Source: Escherichia coli 042
GTDB taxonomy: Bacteria; Pseudomonadota; Gammaproteobacteria; Enterobacterales; Enterobacteriaceae
Strand: one strand, 5' to 3'
NCBI RefSeq assembly: GCF_000027125.1
Contig: NC_017627.1
Length of the DNA: 64,000 nucleotides
Part shown: positions 33,433 through 43,571 of the stretch, in pieces
Position numbering within the stretch: position 1 is the stretch's first letter
Layout: each line of letters starts with the position of its first letter
Position numbers and translations under genes: made by a program
The notes under the pieces: generated by a model
The model's database searches: none
The model's input: only the letters and a program-made list of their open reading frames with translations
What the model was told of the DNA's origin: nothing

Positions 33433-33505
33433 AGGAACCTCCGTTAAGGATTCTATGGACAGTCGATGCAGGGAGGTCTGAACTCCCTGCATCGGCGATT
33501 TTCAG
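33427..33505 (+). ncRNA. finP: FinP-like antisense RNA (antisense to traJ leader, RBS and start)
   Basis: Plus strand carries the complement of the traJ RBS, then stem-loop gcagggag...ctccctgc and a U-rich tail; ends approximate. Confidence 0.5.
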
Positions 33506-33625
33506 TTTCAATTTTTAACGTGGCATTAACCACGTAATTAATATAACCTTTATGCGGTTAATTGTCATCAAATTGAACCAGATCAAAATCCTGTTATTTG
33601 AAGCAAATCAACTTTTAATTCTTTT

Positions 33626-34009
33626 TTATTCCTCATCATTTTCTGGAAAGAACCTCTCCATCTCAGATGACACCTTATCCCTGATATCTTCGACCATATT
33701 CGCATATTCAAACTTTGGATTCCCGGAAACATGAGGGCTTAGTGACTCAATACCTAAAATCTTAGCAACTGTTGACTGTGTTTTTACCGCACATTCAAGA
33801 AGTACCTTATTAAACTCAGCCTGATTGAACGCTGACTCTTTACGCTCCATCTGAGCCTCATATACACGAAGCCCTAATTCGAGAAGCATAGTGGATATGC
33901 TTGAGAAACTTACATCTGTACTTTTAGCTCCTTCTGCACGTCTTCTTTCCACAATTTTATTTATTTTATAGACAATTTCGTCACTGACATAAGCCTGCAC
34001 TTTCGCCAT
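33626..34009 (-). CDS. traM: TraM relaxosome accessory protein
   Basis: 127 aa, MAKVQAYVSDEIVYKINKIVERRRAEGAK... Confidence 0.95.
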   Translation of the reverse strand: MAKVQAYVSDEIVYKINKIVERRRAEGAKSTDVSFSSISTMLLELGLRVYEAQMERKESAFNQAEFNKVLLECAVKTQSTVAKILGIESLSPHVSGNPKFEYANMVEDIRDKVSSEMERFFPENDEE

Positions 34010-34430
34010 ATGTATACCTCTTTATTTTCTTATCGAATCAAATTTATTTCACATATAAAAAAATGACAATTCATCGATGAATCGAATCGTGACGCAAGTT
34101 ACGAAAATTACGATTCATGCAGCAAATCACATCACGAATTGAATCTAGAGTCAATTCGCTTTAACTCGTTGTTTTATTATTACTGATTCATCTATGAGTT
34201 GCGTTAAATTCATTGGTGAATCATATGCGATTCACCAATGAATCCTTTTTATAATGTAAAATAAATTAAAATACATTATTTAAAACATAAGTTAATGATT
34301 CAAATAGCAAATCAGCAAAAACTTGTTTTTGCGTGGGGTGTGGTGCTTTTGGTGGTGAGAACCACCAACCTGTTGAGCCTTTTTGTGGAGTGGGTTAAAT
34401 TATTTACGGATAAAGTCACCAGAGGTGGAA
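34010..34430 (+). promoter_or_regulatory. oriT: oriT (origin of transfer); nic site predicted between 34341 and 34342 on the plus strand
   Basis: F-type nic motif GTGGGGTGT/GGTGCTTTT at 34333-34350 between traM and orf169; AT-rich region 34020-34300. Confidence 0.85.
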
Positions 34431-34432
34431 AA

Positions 34433-34942
34433 ATGAAAAAATGGATGTTAGCAATCTGCCTGATGTTTATAAATGGGATCTGCGAAGCCGCCGATTGCTT
34501 TGATCTTGCAGGTCGGGATTACAAAATAGACCCGGATTTACTGAGAGCGATATCATGGAAAGAATCCCGTTACCGGGTTAATGCCATCGGTATTAATCCG
34601 GTAACGGGATATGGCAGCGGACTGATGCAGGTAGATTCCCAGCATTTTAACGAACTGGCCCGCTATGGAATTAAGCCGGAACATCTGACAACAGATCCCT
34701 GCATGAACATTTATACCGGTGCTTATTATCTGGCAATAGCCTTTAAAAAATGGGGCGTCTCCTGGGAGGCCGTTGGTGCATACAATGCCGGATTCAGGAA
34801 GACCGAACGCCAGAACCAGAGACGTCTTACCTACGCATCAGAGGTTTACCGGATTTATACCTGGATAAAGAGCAGTAAAGGCATCCGGGTTCCGACCACG
34901 AAGAAATCACTTTCCCAAATTAACAGTGTGCAGAACAATTAA
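34433..34942 (+). CDS. Orf169 / gene X lytic transglycosylase-like leading-region protein
   Basis: 169 aa from [19 protein letters not shown]; soluble lytic transglycosylase-like [10 protein letters not shown]...GLMQV. Confidence 0.9.
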   Translation: MKKWMLAICLMFINGICEAADCFDLAGRDYKIDPDLLRAISWKESRYRVNAIGINPVTGYGSGLMQVDSQHFNELARYGIKPEHLTTDPCMNIYTGAYYLAIAFKKWGVSWEAVGAYNAGFRKTERQNQRRLTYASEVYRIYTWIKSSKGIRVPTTKKSLSQINSVQNN

Positions 34943-35200
34943 TATTGTATACATTGTCAAATACCGGTTATGCCGCGACAGCGGCATGGAAGGCCACACA
35001 CAAAAATATCATATGAGTGATAATGCTGACTGGCCGAAGCCCCGCAAAGCGGGACCCCATCTTATATATATCCGGTAACTGCACAGCCTCCTGCCAGACC
35101 ATTTTTCGCGGGCACAATATTTACAGACTACCGAAAAGCCAGTTGATGAAATTGAGGCATATCAGACGACACAGCAATGCCGCAGGATGATAATATAAGT

Positions 35201-35228
35201 AAAGCCCCGAAAAATTTTTCGGGGCTTT
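35201..35228. terminator. Bidirectional hairpin terminator between convergent orf169 and the yubP-like gene
   Basis: aaagccccgaaaaatttttcggggcttt. Confidence 0.5.
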
Positions 35229-35238
35229 ACTTATATTA

Positions 35239-36060
35239 TCATGACTTCCACTCCCTGAACTGTTCGGCAATCATCCATAATGCTTTGTTGATTCGGATAT
35301 CACCGTCAATGCCTGTAATGGCTCTTGTTCTGGTATTTTTACCGGAGGCACTTCGCCCCGATAATCCACCTTTTATCATATTCTCCTGAACCCGCTGCCA
35401 AGTTGTCCAGAGATCGTTCTGTTTATCCTCCCAACGGCGGGGAGTAATTATTTGTTCTGGCGTCACTGGCGTTTTATTTTCATCTTCGTACCTAGCCATC
35501 AATGCAGCTCTGCCAAATAAATGTTGTTCGTCACTGTTAAGATGTATCTCTTTCATTGTCTCCATATTTTCAGTGACTTTATCAAAGACACCGAGCACTT
35601 CATACGCTCCCTCAATAACCTGCCCGACAATATCACCTTTATGTGGAACGCGGATTTCGCCAAAATTATTCCCACACACCAGGCCATTTGTGCAGACAAA
35701 ACGAAAAATTCCTGGGATCATCTGATAACTGGATGAACCATCATGTGAATTAAGCAGGATAATTTCAGGAACTTCTTTCCCGTTAATATGCCCTTCCCTG
35801 CGAAGACGTAACATATGTTTACTGTATTCGCGGCGTCCCAAATCACGAACCCGACTCTGACAGGCAAAGAACGGCTGGAAACCTTCATCACGTAACTTAT
35901 TGATGATATTGATGGTTGGGATATATGTATAACGCTCACTCCGGGATTCATGTTTATCACCAGAAAAGACAGATGGAACAAACTGCATTAATTCGTCATC
36001 CGTTAACGGGCGCTCACGGCGAATAGAATTATATCGACCAAAACGGGAAGCTAATCGCAT
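35239..36060 (-). CDS. Conserved leading-region protein (YubP-like, 273 aa)
   Basis: 273 aa ORF next to orf169; family assignment from memory of F leading-region gene order. Confidence 0.7.
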   Translation of the reverse strand: MRLASRFGRYNSIRRERPLTDDELMQFVPSVFSGDKHESRSERYTYIPTINIINKLRDEGFQPFFACQSRVRDLGRREYSKHMLRLRREGHINGKEVPEIILLNSHDGSSSYQMIPGIFRFVCTNGLVCGNNFGEIRVPHKGDIVGQVIEGAYEVLGVFDKVTENMETMKEIHLNSDEQHLFGRAALMARYEDENKTPVTPEQIITPRRWEDKQNDLWTTWQRVQENMIKGGLSGRSASGKNTRTRAITGIDGDIRINKALWMIAEQFREWKS

Positions 36061-36170
36061 AACAGTAACTCCTTTATGAAGGCATAAAATTAATAAAATT
36101 TTTTTCGCTTAATATCATCCCCCCTCGGTTATCGTTAACAAAAAGACAACAATTCCGAGGGGAAGGACCA

Positions 36171-36467
36171 TCAAATCAGGTCAGTTCGGGACTGACCAAC
36201 CTGCCGAGTGAAAAGCAGTAACAGCGCGATCAACTCATCAGCGTTTTTTCTGACAAGAGGAGTATGATTCTCCAGGCTATCCAGTAAGTCATGCAGCTCA
36301 TTATTGACCTGATGGAGCACCTTAAAGAGTGCACCAGAATCCCGGCAGCTCTGATATGCAAGATTTGCCTGAACAGCACGATTCTGCATGATCCCGATTT
36401 GTGCGATTGCGTCTTTCTGCTGATCGCCTGTTGGCTGATAAGTGGTGTTAAAAGAAAATGCGCTCAT
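36171..36467 (-). CDS. Hypothetical leading-region protein (98 aa)
   Basis: ORF immediately downstream of Frpo-like repeat A. Confidence 0.45.
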   Translation of the reverse strand: MSAFSFNTTYQPTGDQQKDAIAQIGIMQNRAVQANLAYQSCRDSGALFKVLHQVNNELHDLLDSLENHTPLVRKNADELIALLLLFTRQVGQSRTDLI

Positions 36468-36483
36468 AATTCCTCCTGTATCT

Positions 36484-36944
36484 GATGTTTTCAGCCCCCA
36501 TCATCTGTTGAGTTTCGGGAGCCGCGGTTTTGACGTTTTGCGGGGACCTGCCTTTTGTTCCCTCCGGTATTCACCATCACCTGTTTGAGAACCTTCGCCG
36601 CAAGGGGCATCACTGCCACGGCCTGACGCACCTGTCCTGGGCAGAACGCAAAATTTTTTACCGGGTTTTAGGTAAAAAATTTTGTGGTCTGTTCATTTAC
36701 CCTGGACAGTCAGTGCGGCAGGTTGTGGCTGTATCAGCCCCCGGCGACAGGGGCTTAAACAGGTGAATGGCACCGGACACAACAACGGGCAGGGACCCGC
36801 CGCAACGACGTGAAGCGCGGTTTGCGAAACGGCGTTGCGCCTTACATCCCGGCGGCCTTTTGCCGGGATGCCAGGAGCGCAGGCCACGGCGCGACAGAGG
36901 CGGCGCGACCGGAACGGTCGCTGCAAGCCCGGGGTTTCGCGTCA
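36484..36944. repeat. Frpo-like repeat A (putative single-stranded DNA promoter element)
   Basis: Near-identical to 42053-42506 and 45451-45900; internal palindromes such as aaaattttttaccgggttttaggtaaaaaatttt. Confidence 0.7.
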
Positions 36945-37316
36945 GGGATGGAAGCCCGCCAGGGGGACGCCCGGAAAAGACACTGCCAGGAGAACAACAA
37001 AACAGACAATAATCAGGGCAGCAGTAATCAGAGTCAGAACAGGAGGAAAAAGAGAATAATCAAAGGGAAGGTGATGTGATTTCTGACAGGTCATAAACAG
37101 AGAAGGCGGGGGAAAAGAACGGGCGCCGCAGGCGCGCGTTCTTCCCCGTTCCCGGAGGGAAACGGCCTTCCTGGCAGTCTGGTTGTTCATGCCCGCACAA
37201 TGCCAGCAAGGAGAAAGGGGCCACCGGCGAACCAGCAGCCCCTTTATAAAGGCGCTTCAGTGCAGTCAGACCAGCATCATCCCTGAAAAGGCGGGCCTGC
37301 GCCCGCCTCCAGGTTG

Positions 37317-37478
37317 CTACTTACCGCCGGATTCGTAAGCCATTGTTGCCGTAACTTCCCTGTATCCGTCCTTCAGCCGGACTTCGCACAGACGATTCCG
37401 GGTCAGGAATGTGAATATCAACAACGTGCAGCACACGATTAATACGCACCAGATAAGGGCGTTTCCCGGTAGTTTCAT
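37317..37478 (-). CDS. hok: Hok/Gef-family membrane toxin (flmA/hok-like)
   Basis: 53 aa [53 protein letters not shown] with AGGAGGAG SD; not in the supplied ORF track because it is nested in the mok-like frame. Confidence 0.85.
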   Translation of the reverse strand: MKLPGNALIWCVLIVCCTLLIFTFLTRNRLCEVRLKDGYREVTATMAYESGGK

Positions 37479-37536
37479 GGTTTACTCCTCCTTGCAATTT
37501 GCACGGTAAGAGGCCATACTGACGTGGACTAGACAT
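37321..37536 (-). CDS. mok: Mok-like overlapping reading frame
   Basis: 71-aa ORF overlapping hok in another frame. Confidence 0.45.
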   Translation of the reverse strand: MSSPRQYGLLPCKLQGGVNHETTGKRPYLVRINRVLHVVDIHIPDPESSVRSPAEGRIQGSYGNNGLRIRR

Positions 37537-37560
37537 GCAGAGGCCTCGTGGGTTAATGAA
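37485..37560 (+). ncRNA. sok: Sok-like antisense RNA (approximate)
   Basis: Plus-strand promoter-like ttgcaa-17 bp-catact opposite the mok start; ends not determined. Confidence 0.3.
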
Positions 37561-37685
37561 AAATTAACTACGGGGCTTTTGTCCTTCTGCCACACGACAC
37601 GGTAACAAACCACCTTCACGTCATGAGGCAGAAAGCCTCAAGCGCCGGGCACATCATAGCCCATATACCTGCGCACTGACCACAC

Positions 37686-38033
37686 TCACTTTCCCTGAAA
37701 ATAATCCGGTCGTTCAGCCAGTTCACGGGCTATCAGTTCATCCGCAAACAGTGGTGCATGCCTGTTGATACGTTTCTCCAGATTCCGCCGTCGTACCGCA
37801 GCCTTACGTTCTTCGCTCCAGCGGCGCACCGGGCGGTCAGAAATAAAATCCAGACAGACCGCATACCCTGCTCCGGCAACCCAGCGTGACATAACGGATG
37901 CCGGTGCAGGCTGCCCCGCCTCCACCACTTCTGAAACCAGTTCATGCTCGCCAGGACAGGGATAAGGCAGTTTCCAGCGCAGTGAGTAACGCCACTTCAC
38001 GCCGCCTCCCGGAGTTTGTTCGGCACCATCCAT
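37686..38033 (-). CDS. Hypothetical ORF overlapping the 3-prime end of psiA
   Basis: 115-aa GC-rich ORF; may be non-coding hok mRNA leader. Confidence 0.25.
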   Translation of the reverse strand: MDGAEQTPGGGVKWRYSLRWKLPYPCPGEHELVSEVVEAGQPAPASVMSRWVAGAGYAVCLDFISDRPVRRWSEERKAAVRRRNLEKRINRHAPLFADELIARELAERPDYFQGK

Positions 38034-38716
38034 CGCTCCATCTCACGGACGGCATGACCGGCCTCCCTTGCCGCCATACCAGCCTCTGCGATGACCTGCC
38101 AGAACGGCATATCCTGCCACTGCCAGCGTTCCATTCCGGCCAGTGACGGGAAACGCTCGCCCCACTGCCAGAACAGGGTTTCCAGGTCATGCTCTGCCAC
38201 CCGGTCACTCCAGCGTGCATGCCAGCTTCCAACTGTTTCCGGCGAATGGAATGCCAGTTCGACTTCAGCCTGAGCGACCAGCGCCTGGTACGCACGGGCT
38301 TTCTGCTCTGCCTCCCGTGCCTGCTGGCGGCTGTACTTCTGCATGACCAGCGCGGATTTATGGCGACTGCGCTCCCTGACGCGGAACCGCACCGACGGAA
38401 ACAACCGCTCTGCTGCATCACCGGGAAGGGGAAGGAGGCAGACCTCGCCCTGTGTTTCAATCAGCACATCGACGGCATACAGCCACTGAAGACGGCTGCC
38501 GTGCAGTTCTTCTGCGGTCAGGGATGGCATGAAAAATCGCAGGTCAGACAGCGAAATCCTGCGGCTTCCGTTCAGACAGCGGAAAAACGCTCCCGCATAC
38601 GGATATTCCGCCAGCGTGTTTCCCTGATGGCGGCGTTTTTCCGTCTCCGCCACCGCCCGCCATGCGGCCTGTTGCTCTGCGCTGAGGGGAACCAGTGTCT
38701 GTGATCGTGCGCTCAT
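37997..38716 (-). CDS. psiA: PsiA
   Basis: 239 aa [32 protein letters not shown]..., matches F PsiA from memory. Confidence 0.95.
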   Translation of the reverse strand: MSARSQTLVPLSAEQQAAWRAVAETEKRRHQGNTLAEYPYAGAFFRCLNGSRRISLSDLRFFMPSLTAEELHGSRLQWLYAVDVLIETQGEVCLLPLPGDAAERLFPSVRFRVRERSRHKSALVMQKYSRQQAREAEQKARAYQALVAQAEVELAFHSPETVGSWHARWSDRVAEHDLETLFWQWGERFPSLAGMERWQWQDMPFWQVIAEAGMAAREAGHAVREMERWMVPNKLREAA

Positions 38717-39147
38717 GCCTGACCTCCTTCCGCCATCAGGATATGAATGATGTCGTTAACGCTGTACCCCTGCGCATCCAGTGACGCCGCCAGTGCCAGT
38801 GAATGGCTGACAGCTTCCGGTGCAAACCGCCGCTGCACCTGAACCACCGCAAACGGCTCACCACCGGCATTCACCAGAACCAGCACCCAGACCTGAGAGA
38901 CATCGCCCGGTGAACATAACGCCAGGTGAAAACATTCGTGGGCAGGCGTGAAACGGACCTGGACGGGGAAAAATCCACCAAACTCGCTGCCGTACTCGCC
39001 GTTCATCGTCCAGTTGTCCGGCGCATCCAGTTCCCGCATCACGGCGTGTGTCAGCTCACGACGTTCATCACTTCCGGCAGCCCGGATATCTTCATATTCC
39101 TGTGCGCTCATGGTCTGTAATACATTCAGGGTCAGTTCAGTTTTCAT
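38713..39147 (-). CDS. psiB: PsiB anti-SOS (RecA-inhibiting) protein
   Basis: 144 aa [40 protein letters not shown]... Confidence 0.95.
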   Translation of the reverse strand: MKTELTLNVLQTMSAQEYEDIRAAGSDERRELTHAVMRELDAPDNWTMNGEYGSEFGGFFPVQVRFTPAHECFHLALCSPGDVSQVWVLVLVNAGGEPFAVVQVQRRFAPEAVSHSLALAASLDAQGYSVNDIIHILMAEGGQA

Positions 39148-39201
39148 CACAGTATCTCCCTTGCTGCCGCCCCGTCTCCGGCGGGGCGGTGTGGTTGTTC
39201 A

Positions 39202-41160
39202 TCAGGCGGCATCAGCCAGGTTATCGGTGCGTTCAGTGGCATCTGTCTGTGGATGTGGTGCACACATCCAGCCTGGAACCCAGCGGTTGTCTTTCATATT
39301 GTGCTCTGCATGTTCAGCCGCATCACCTTTCTTCATCTTCTCCGCGTCCCGTGCGGCACCGGACAGCCCTGCCTCATTCAGGGCTGCGATAATCTGCGGC
39401 TTTTTCAGGTGTCCGAAGAAGTTTGCTTTTGTCGGCTGCCACCAGTCACGCATGTGAAAGCCGATGGCGCTTTCCAGCGAGTCAAGCGGACTGCGTGACG
39501 TGTGACCACACTCGCGGGTCTGAACGCCGTGGATGCTGCACGCGGTACAGAAGCTGAGCAGGGATAACAGCACCTCCTGGCTGAGTGACAGGAACGTCGT
39601 CATATCCCGTTCCCATCCTTCCGGCAGCAGGGCAGCAAAACGAGAGTGTTCTGCCATCAGCGCCATGAATGCGGCACCTTCCTTCCCCGACGGTGCATCG
39701 CTGGTCAGCGCATAATGCTCACATTCCAGGCGAATTCTGGCGGGACTACTATGCGCTTTGCTGCCAAACACATTCAGGCAGAGCGTCCATGCCAGCAGTG
39801 TCAGGGATTTGTCCGGTTGCTGCATCAGTGCCGCCTGGACTGCCAGCGTGCGTTCGGAAGACATTTTCGTCAGCAGTGGCAGACTGATTTCCTCCACTGA
39901 CGCTTTTTCCTGCACCTGTTCCGTGCGGTCAGCGTCGTCAGCCGCATCATCCTCACTGCGTAACTGCACACCACGCTGGACACATACGTTTCCATAACGC
40001 CAGGACACCACCACTCCACCTCCGGCACGCATCTCCGGCGTCCACGCTCTGACCTTCGCCATGCAGCGCATCAGCTTCATTTCTGCTTCCAGCAGGTCAG
40101 ATTCCTCACACTGATTTTCCAGCGCGTCGTAACGCGTCATCAGTTCGTTCAGACGTTCTTCTTCCGCCTCCGTCAGCACCGCTTCCGGCTCCGGCAGACA
40201 GCGGTATGTTCCGGCATCCTCACGGCACTCACCGACAGGCTCCATGCGTCCGGCGCACCATCCCCAGCCTTCGGCTTCCCGAAGGAACTCTGCAACAGCC
40301 TGGAGTTTTTCCAGCAGGGCGGCATCGAGCGCAACACAGTCCACATAGCCACCCTCGTCGTCGCTGAACAAATCAGTGCGCAGTTCATCTGGCGAGAAGG
40401 CATCAGCCCCCACAAAGCGGAATTTACTGTTCCCCGCCACCGCCACTTCACTTTCGGTCACCAGACGACGAATGGTCTGTACTTCCGGTTTACCGCCCCA
40501 TCCCGACTGGCAGGCGGCTTCAAACACCTGCACCTGACGCGCGGTGTCGTTCTCCAGCGCCAGCGCCTGACAGTGCTCTGTGGTGATGCGGTCTTCTGCC
40601 AGCGCATCGAGGATGACAGGCGCAAGGTCTGCCAGTTTCAGCATTCGCTGAACGTGGCGGGGCGAATAGCCCAGCAAATCACCGATTTGTGCAGGCGTTT
40701 TGCCTTCCTGCGCCATCGCACGGAATCCGGCAATCTGTTCGGCAGGGTGCATATCCCGACGATGACCGTTTTCAGTCATTGATGCAGCCGTCGCCAGCTC
40801 CTGCGGAATAACCTTCACGCGTACAGGCCAGTCAGCCGGAATGATGCCACGCTCTGCCAGCATGTTGAGTGCTGCCAGTCGGCGACCACCTGCGGCGACA
40901 CCGTAACGGTCACCAGGCAGGGTATGCACGACCAGATTCTGCAACAGGCCAACGCCCTTAATGGACTCCGCCAGTTCGCTGACGGACTCTGCGGAATACG
41001 GCACAGTGCGCACATTCAGCGGTGATTTAATCAGTGAAGCCAGCGGCACACTCACTTCCTCCGTCTGCGCCAGCAGGGCAGACAGGACTGTTTCCTGCGT
41101 TTTTGCATATTTACGGCTTGCTTTGCGGGTGGTTTCTGGTTCACACTTCGTTACAGGCAT
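39202..41160 (-). CDS. ParB-like nuclease-domain leading-region protein (652 aa)
   Basis: N-terminal ParB/Srx-like region LQNLVVHTLPGDRYGVAAGGRRLAA; conserved position between ssb and psiB. Confidence 0.85.
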   Translation of the reverse strand: MPVTKCEPETTRKASRKYAKTQETVLSALLAQTEEVSVPLASLIKSPLNVRTVPYSAESVSELAESIKGVGLLQNLVVHTLPGDRYGVAAGGRRLAALNMLAERGIIPADWPVRVKVIPQELATAASMTENGHRRDMHPAEQIAGFRAMAQEGKTPAQIGDLLGYSPRHVQRMLKLADLAPVILDALAEDRITTEHCQALALENDTARQVQVFEAACQSGWGGKPEVQTIRRLVTESEVAVAGNSKFRFVGADAFSPDELRTDLFSDDEGGYVDCVALDAALLEKLQAVAEFLREAEGWGWCAGRMEPVGECREDAGTYRCLPEPEAVLTEAEEERLNELMTRYDALENQCEESDLLEAEMKLMRCMAKVRAWTPEMRAGGGVVVSWRYGNVCVQRGVQLRSEDDAADDADRTEQVQEKASVEEISLPLLTKMSSERTLAVQAALMQQPDKSLTLLAWTLCLNVFGSKAHSSPARIRLECEHYALTSDAPSGKEGAAFMALMAEHSRFAALLPEGWERDMTTFLSLSQEVLLSLLSFCTACSIHGVQTRECGHTSRSPLDSLESAIGFHMRDWWQPTKANFFGHLKKPQIIAALNEAGLSGAARDAEKMKKGDAAEHAEHNMKDNRWVPGWMCAPHPQTDATERTDNLADAA

Positions 41161-41218
41161 AATCATCCCCTTATAATTGCTTATGTCCTGCCGGACGTTC
41201 GCGCGTCCGGCACCTCTC

Positions 41219-41452
41219 TTACTTAAGAATGCCGAAATTCCGGATGACATGGTTCATCCAGTACCCGGCACCGTCCTCAAAATTCCAGGTACGCCAGACC
41301 AGGCCACTGTTATTGCGGACAACCAGGCGAAAATGCGTTCCCTGATCATCCTCGATAAAGACATTCCGGTACTGTGCGGCAACGGCTTCAGCCTGTTCGC
41401 GGGTAAAGGAGCCGTCAGGCAGCCCCTGAAATATTCTGAAATATTCGCTCAT
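41219..41452 (-). CDS. Small conserved leading-region protein (YubL-like)
   Basis: 77 aa from [10 protein letters not shown]..., between ssb and the ParB-like gene. Confidence 0.5.
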   Translation of the reverse strand: MSEYFRIFQGLPDGSFTREQAEAVAAQYRNVFIEDDQGTHFRLVVRNNSGLVWRTWNFEDGAGYWMNHVIRNFGILK

Positions 41453-41507
41453 CCTCATCTCTCCGGTGATGCCCCGCACTGGACGGGGCGGTTGTCACTG
41501 TCTTAGT

Positions 41508-42035
41508 TCAGAACGGAATGTCGTCATCGAAGTCATACGCGGGTTCAGACGGCTGCTGAGGCTCGGGCTGCGCGGCCTTACGTCCACGGCCTTTCGTTTT
41601 CGCGCCACCTTTTTTCAGTTCCGGCTGTGATTCCGGCTGAGGCTGACCGCTGAACTGTTGCGCCTCTTCCGGCTGAGTCTGAGTACCTGCGGCACGTCCC
41701 AGCATCTGCATGGTGCCCGTGGTCTTAACAAGAATTTCGGTGACGTAACGGGTGATACCGTTATCCTCCCAGCTACGGGTGCGAAGCTGACCTTCGATGT
41801 AGACCTGCGCGCCCTTGCGCAGATACTCACCAGCCACTTCCGCGAGCTTGCCGAACAGCACCACGCGATGCCATTCTGTCTGCTCCCGCATCTCCCCCGT
41901 CTGTTTGTCACGCCAGCTTTCTGACGTGGCCACCTGCAGGTTTGCCACTGCGCCCCCGTTGGGGATGTAACGGATTTCCGGATCTTTTCCCAGACGACCG
42001 ACAAGAATGACCTTGTTAATGCCACGAACTGCCAT
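41508..42035 (-). CDS. ssb: Plasmid single-stranded DNA-binding protein
   Basis: 175 aa from [23 protein letters not shown]..., acidic tail DFDDDIPF. Confidence 0.95.
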   Translation of the reverse strand: MAVRGINKVILVGRLGKDPEIRYIPNGGAVANLQVATSESWRDKQTGEMREQTEWHRVVLFGKLAEVAGEYLRKGAQVYIEGQLRTRSWEDNGITRYVTEILVKTTGTMQMLGRAAGTQTQPEEAQQFSGQPQPESQPELKKGGAKTKGRGRKAAQPEPQQPSEPAYDFDDDIPF

Positions 42036-42052
42036 GATGTGTCTCCTTCTGT

Positions 42053-42690
42053 TGATGTTTTCAGCCCCCATCATCTGTTGAGTTTCGGGAGCCGCGGTTT
42101 TGACGTTTTGCGGGGACCTGCCTTTTGTTCCCTCCGGTATTCACCATCACCTGTTTGAGAACCTTCGCCGCAAGGGGCATCACTGCCACGGCCTGACGCA
42201 CCTGTCCTGGGCAGAACGCAAAATTTTTTACCGGGTTTTGGGTAAAAAATTTTGTGGGCTGTTCATTTACCCTGGACAGTCAGTGCGGCAGGTTGTGGCT
42301 GTATCAGCCCCCGGCGACAGGGGCTTAAACAGGTGAATGGCACCGGACAGAACAACGGGCAGGGACCCGCCGCAACGACGTGAAGCGCGGTTTGCGAAAC
42401 GGCGTTGCGCCTTACATCCTGGCGGCCTTTTGCCGGGATGCCGGGAGCGCAGGCCACGGCGCGACAGAGGCGGCGCGACCGGAACGGTCGCTGCAAGCCC
42501 GGGGTTTTCACGCATCGGACCGTAGCGACAGCCCGAAACCGCGCCAGCGGGTTCGGCGGAGACTGGCGGGTGCGCCAGCAGCTGCCTGTCGGAGTCGGGC
42601 CTGACGACCGGATGCCGCCAGGCAGCCGGGAGCCGAAGGTGCGCCCGGCAGACAGGACAACACTGCAGTAGTCAGAATCAGAGCGGCAGG
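42053..42690. repeat. Frpo-like repeat B, immediately upstream of ssb
   Basis: Near-identical to repeat A over about 450 bp and to repeat C over about 600 bp. Confidence 0.7.
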
Positions 42691-42700
42691 AAAAAGAAGA

Positions 42701-42784
<84 letters not shown>

Positions 42785-42961
42785 ACAACAACATCATCAG
42801 TAACAGACAAATGACAGGTCTGAAAAGACAGAAGCCCCCATCAGAACGTCCGCGTAATGAAAGGGGCGGCGCGTGAGCGCGGCCCCTTTCAGCGCCACCG
42901 GCGCGCGGTCTTTTCCCGGCGCGGACAGACGGGCATTTATCCTCCCGCCAGCCCTGTGTCA

Positions 42962-43525
42962 TCAGGCACGCAAACGAATAATCATCGTCGGGACATCGGT
43001 ATAAGCAAACGTGCCGCGCGGCAGCTCCTCGCGGATGTCAGAAAACGGTAACAGCTTCTCCTGCTGGCGCGGCCCGTTCAGACAGACGGCAACCAGCACG
43101 CCCCCCGGACGCAACAGGGAAAAAGCCCGCAGGATATGCCGGATATCCTGCCCGTGGATGAACGGCGGATTCATAATGATCCGGCTGTAATACTGCACCG
43201 GCTGCCATTCCATGAAGTCGCCACACTGTACCCTGACACCGTTAAAATTTTCCCGCAGATACCGGACCAGCCCGCTGTTAATCTCCACCGCATCACACAT
43301 GGCCTCCGGCGCGGTATCCCGAATCGCCCGCAGTATGGCCCCGGTGCCGGCAGAGGGTTCCAGAATGTGATCACGGTTGCTGATTTCCGCCAGCGTCACC
43401 AGGCGATCACAGACCGGGGCAGGACTCACAAAAAGCTGAGATTCAGCCCGGATTTCAGCAACCGGCGCGGCGTTATCCAGCCTTGCGCGCATCAGCCGGA
43501 TACGTTCTCTTAACTGACTGTGCAT
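42962..43525 (-). CDS. Small orphan SAM-dependent N6-adenine DNA methyltransferase-like protein
   Basis: 187 aa; motif I-like EPSAGTGAI followed by NPPF (motif IV); no adjacent restriction gene. Confidence 0.75.
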   Translation of the reverse strand: MHSQLRERIRLMRARLDNAAPVAEIRAESQLFVSPAPVCDRLVTLAEISNRDHILEPSAGTGAILRAIRDTAPEAMCDAVEINSGLVRYLRENFNGVRVQCGDFMEWQPVQYYSRIIMNPPFIHGQDIRHILRAFSLLRPGGVLVAVCLNGPRQQEKLLPFSDIREELPRGTFAYTDVPTMIIRLRA

Positions 43526-43571
43526 GTCATTATCTCCGTCATCCCCCGGGGATTTCCCGGGGGGATATACC

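Noticed and set aside
36530-37079. ORFs of 74-89 aa inside Frpo-like repeat A (same ORFs recur in repeats B and C)
   Set aside because: They lie within a repeated, palindrome-rich non-coding element and occur on both strands; their recurrence reflects DNA repeat identity, not a gene family
38091-39498. Plus-strand ORFs of 60-171 aa opposite psiA and psiB
   Set aside because: Antisense to two well-supported leading-region genes in GC-rich sequence
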